Positions 46,496 to 48,663 of a DNA stretch of 48,663 nt are shown piece after piece. The position numbers and the translations under genes were made by a program. Origin of the DNA: Elsinoe ampelina (Eukaryota). Each line of letters opens with the position of its first letter. Within the stretch, counting starts at the first letter, position 1. The stretch lies in NCBI GenBank assembly GCA_010093995.1, contig ML992501.1:2634790-2683452 (forward strand), in the 5' to 3' direction. The notes under the pieces are model-generated. The model saw only the letters and a program-made list of their open reading frames with translations. It did not search any database and was not told the DNA's origin.

Positions 46496-48663
46496 TACCC
46501 CTTTACTAAATAGCTATAAGGCTATTATAGCTAGTTAGTAGACTACTAACTTAAGGGATAGCTATTATAAGAAGGCCTTATACCTTCTAGGTAGTAATAA
46601 CTTAGTTAAACTATTAGCTAAGGTGTCTACTAATAGTGTCTATATTACTAAGATAGAGCTAGATAGATCTCTAGCTAGATTAATCTCTTATCTTAGCTAG
46701 TAATAATAGATATTAACATAATAAAGATATATATTAAGCTTCTTAATTAGACTAGTAATAAGGCTAATTATTTACTAATTGTTATACTAAATACTAATAT
46801 ACTTAAGGGGATAGATAAAGGCTATTAGCCTCCTCTACTATATAGCTTACTTAGTAGTCTCTATAAGAGTAAGTAATTTAGCTTCTATACTTAAGGTTAT
46901 AACTATTAGCTACTTAGTAGCCTTCTAGTTAATTAAGCCTTAGAACATCTTAAATAGATAGCCTTAAAGGCTCTTCCTTAAAGAGTAACTACTAAAGCTA
47001 GTATCTAATAAGGCTTAGAAGATTAGAGGTAGTATTAAGCTATTAAAGGTAAGAGCTAGATCTTTAGTTTTATAGAGATACTAGATTACTCTATTTACTA
47101 GCCTCTAGTAAGTTAGTAATAGATTAGTTAAGTGCTCTAATAATCTAGAAGTAGTAAAGGCAATATTAGGCCTTATAATAATAGCTATAAAGTTAATAGA
47201 TCTAACCTTCTACTAGTATAGGTAGATCTCTTATAGTAATACTTAGCCTTTATAAGGCTAAAGTATCTTAATTAGAAGTAGTATTAATATTAGCCTTATT
47301 AGCTCTATAATAAACTTACTATATATCTACTATATATACTAGGCTTAACTAAGCTATAGCTTCTTAGTTACTCTATCCCTTATAACTTAGATAGCTAGAA
47401 ACTAGCTTAAATCTCTAAGTACCTTTATCTTATATTTAGTATAGAGAGCTATAATAATAGAATTAGCTTTCTCCTTATACTTCTTAAGATATATAATAGT
47501 AATATTATTCATAAAAAAGAAGATTATTACTTTAGAGGTTAGCTAGAGATAAGAAGCCTTAAAAGCCTAAGTAAAACTAATACTCTTTAGAGTAGTAGTA
47601 AATTTAGTATACTAGAGAGCTAGAGCTTATTTAAGACTATATAAGACTTTATTAAGTAAAAGGATTATATCTAATAGAGTAATACTAAGGTAGTTCTTTA
47701 TAAGCTCCTCTATAACTAACTTAAATCTAGAAGGGATAGTATAGTAGGTAGTCTTATTAATAGAGCTATTAATATAGGTATTAATAATATCTATCTAGAT
47801 AGCCTCTATATCTTTATAAGTAAGTAATACTATAAGTATTCTAAAGATCTTAGCTACTAGAGTTACTATATAAGTCTTAGATTTTGTTAATTAAAGATTA
47901 CTCCTTATATAGACTTTTACTTTATACTTTATAACCTCTTCTTTATTATTAACTTTATAGATAAACACCTATATTAAAGAGATAGGCTTACTAGTAGCTT
48001 AAGCTACTAGTATAATAGTCTATATATATTTTAAGTATAAAGTAAGTAATTTAACCTTTATAGCCTCTTAAAATTACTTCTTATAAGAATAAGCCTTAAG
48101 TTCTCTAATATTAGCTAGTAGTAGTAGAAGATTATCCCTTAATTCTAGCTTAGGCTAAGTTAGTGTTATTAATAGATAAGTATTAAAGGCTTAGTAATAT
48201 CTAGGAGCCTTATTAGTTTATATAAGAGTAGTAATATATACTTACCTTCTTAGTTTTCTTATTCTCCTTATTATAAAGATATATTTAGGAAGAAGGTTAG
48301 CTAACCTTATAGTAACTCTTTAAGGGGTTTACTTAGGCTAAGCTTTAACTACCCCTTTAGTCTAAACTTCTATCTTATCTCTCTTAACTTTATCTCCTCC
48401 TATTAGTAAAGGAGATAGCTATACTACTATAGGTAGTAGTAAGGCTAGAGTATTAAAGAACTATTTATTTAGTAAAGATTCCTAGATCTAAGCTAGGTTT
48501 AGATCTAGAATAGCCTTATCTAATTAGTCTAATAGAGGTAGTAACTAATCTAGTATAATAGAGTAACCCTTATCTAGCTACTAAGATAGGCTTAGCTCTT
48601 AATCTAGATTACTCTAACTTAGAGTCTAAGATAGTATCTAGTTCGGCTACTAAACTAGATTCT
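46236..48663 (-). mobile_element. Ty1/Copia LTR retrotransposon E, 3' portion (IN-RT linker, RT, RNase H, 3' LTR), RIP-inactivated; continues beyond the window
   Basis: Minus-strand de-RIPed motifs: PLMWVFIYK ~47960, KYKAKVCVRGD ~47900, QMDIVNAY ~47780, KALYGLKQAPALW ~47630, FFFVDDI ~47510, HVDIHHHWLRQE ~46700 and ADGLTK ~46610. Confidence 0.9.

Noticed and set aside
1..48663. CRISPR arrays, rRNA or tRNA genes
   Set aside because: No repeat-spacer array or recognisable structural RNA gene was seen. The repeats are LTRs and short microsatellites.

Overview
Filamentous ascomycete DNA (probably a Dothideomycete; this is inference) with a two-compartment layout. Bases 1-27153 are an AT-rich block destroyed by RIP (repeat-induced point mutation). 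The block resolves into five nested LTR retrotransposons. A minus-strand Copia (D) was hit by a second Copia (C, 20513-25825) and by a Gypsy chromovirus (A1, 197-20435). A1 contains an inverted copy of its own family (A2, 1024-14230), and A2 contains a different chromovirus (B, 4623-10804). The four fully visible inserted elements all keep intact 5-bp target-site duplications (TSDs). Bases 27154-46235 are a GC-balanced island of nine intron-containing or small genes: a methionine-permease-like APC transporter, an Soa1/AstA-like MFS, a Dal5-like MFS, a PTH11-like membrane protein, a maltose/alpha-glucoside permease, an FAD monooxygenase, a small secreted Cys/Thr-rich protein, MRPS12 and a COA2-like gene. 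Bases 46236-48663 are the 3' end of another RIP-degraded Copia (E). The two strongest leads are in the dead transposons. First, family A carries an antisense ORF between pol and the 3' LTR that de-RIPs to a Zn(II)2Cys6-type motif plus a coiled coil. Second, a fixed-spacing CCAAT-plus-palindrome DNA module is shared between the unrelated Gypsy B and Copia C/E elements. All protein readings inside the TEs are manual de-RIP reconstructions. Exon boundaries were read by eye, and no database searches were run.
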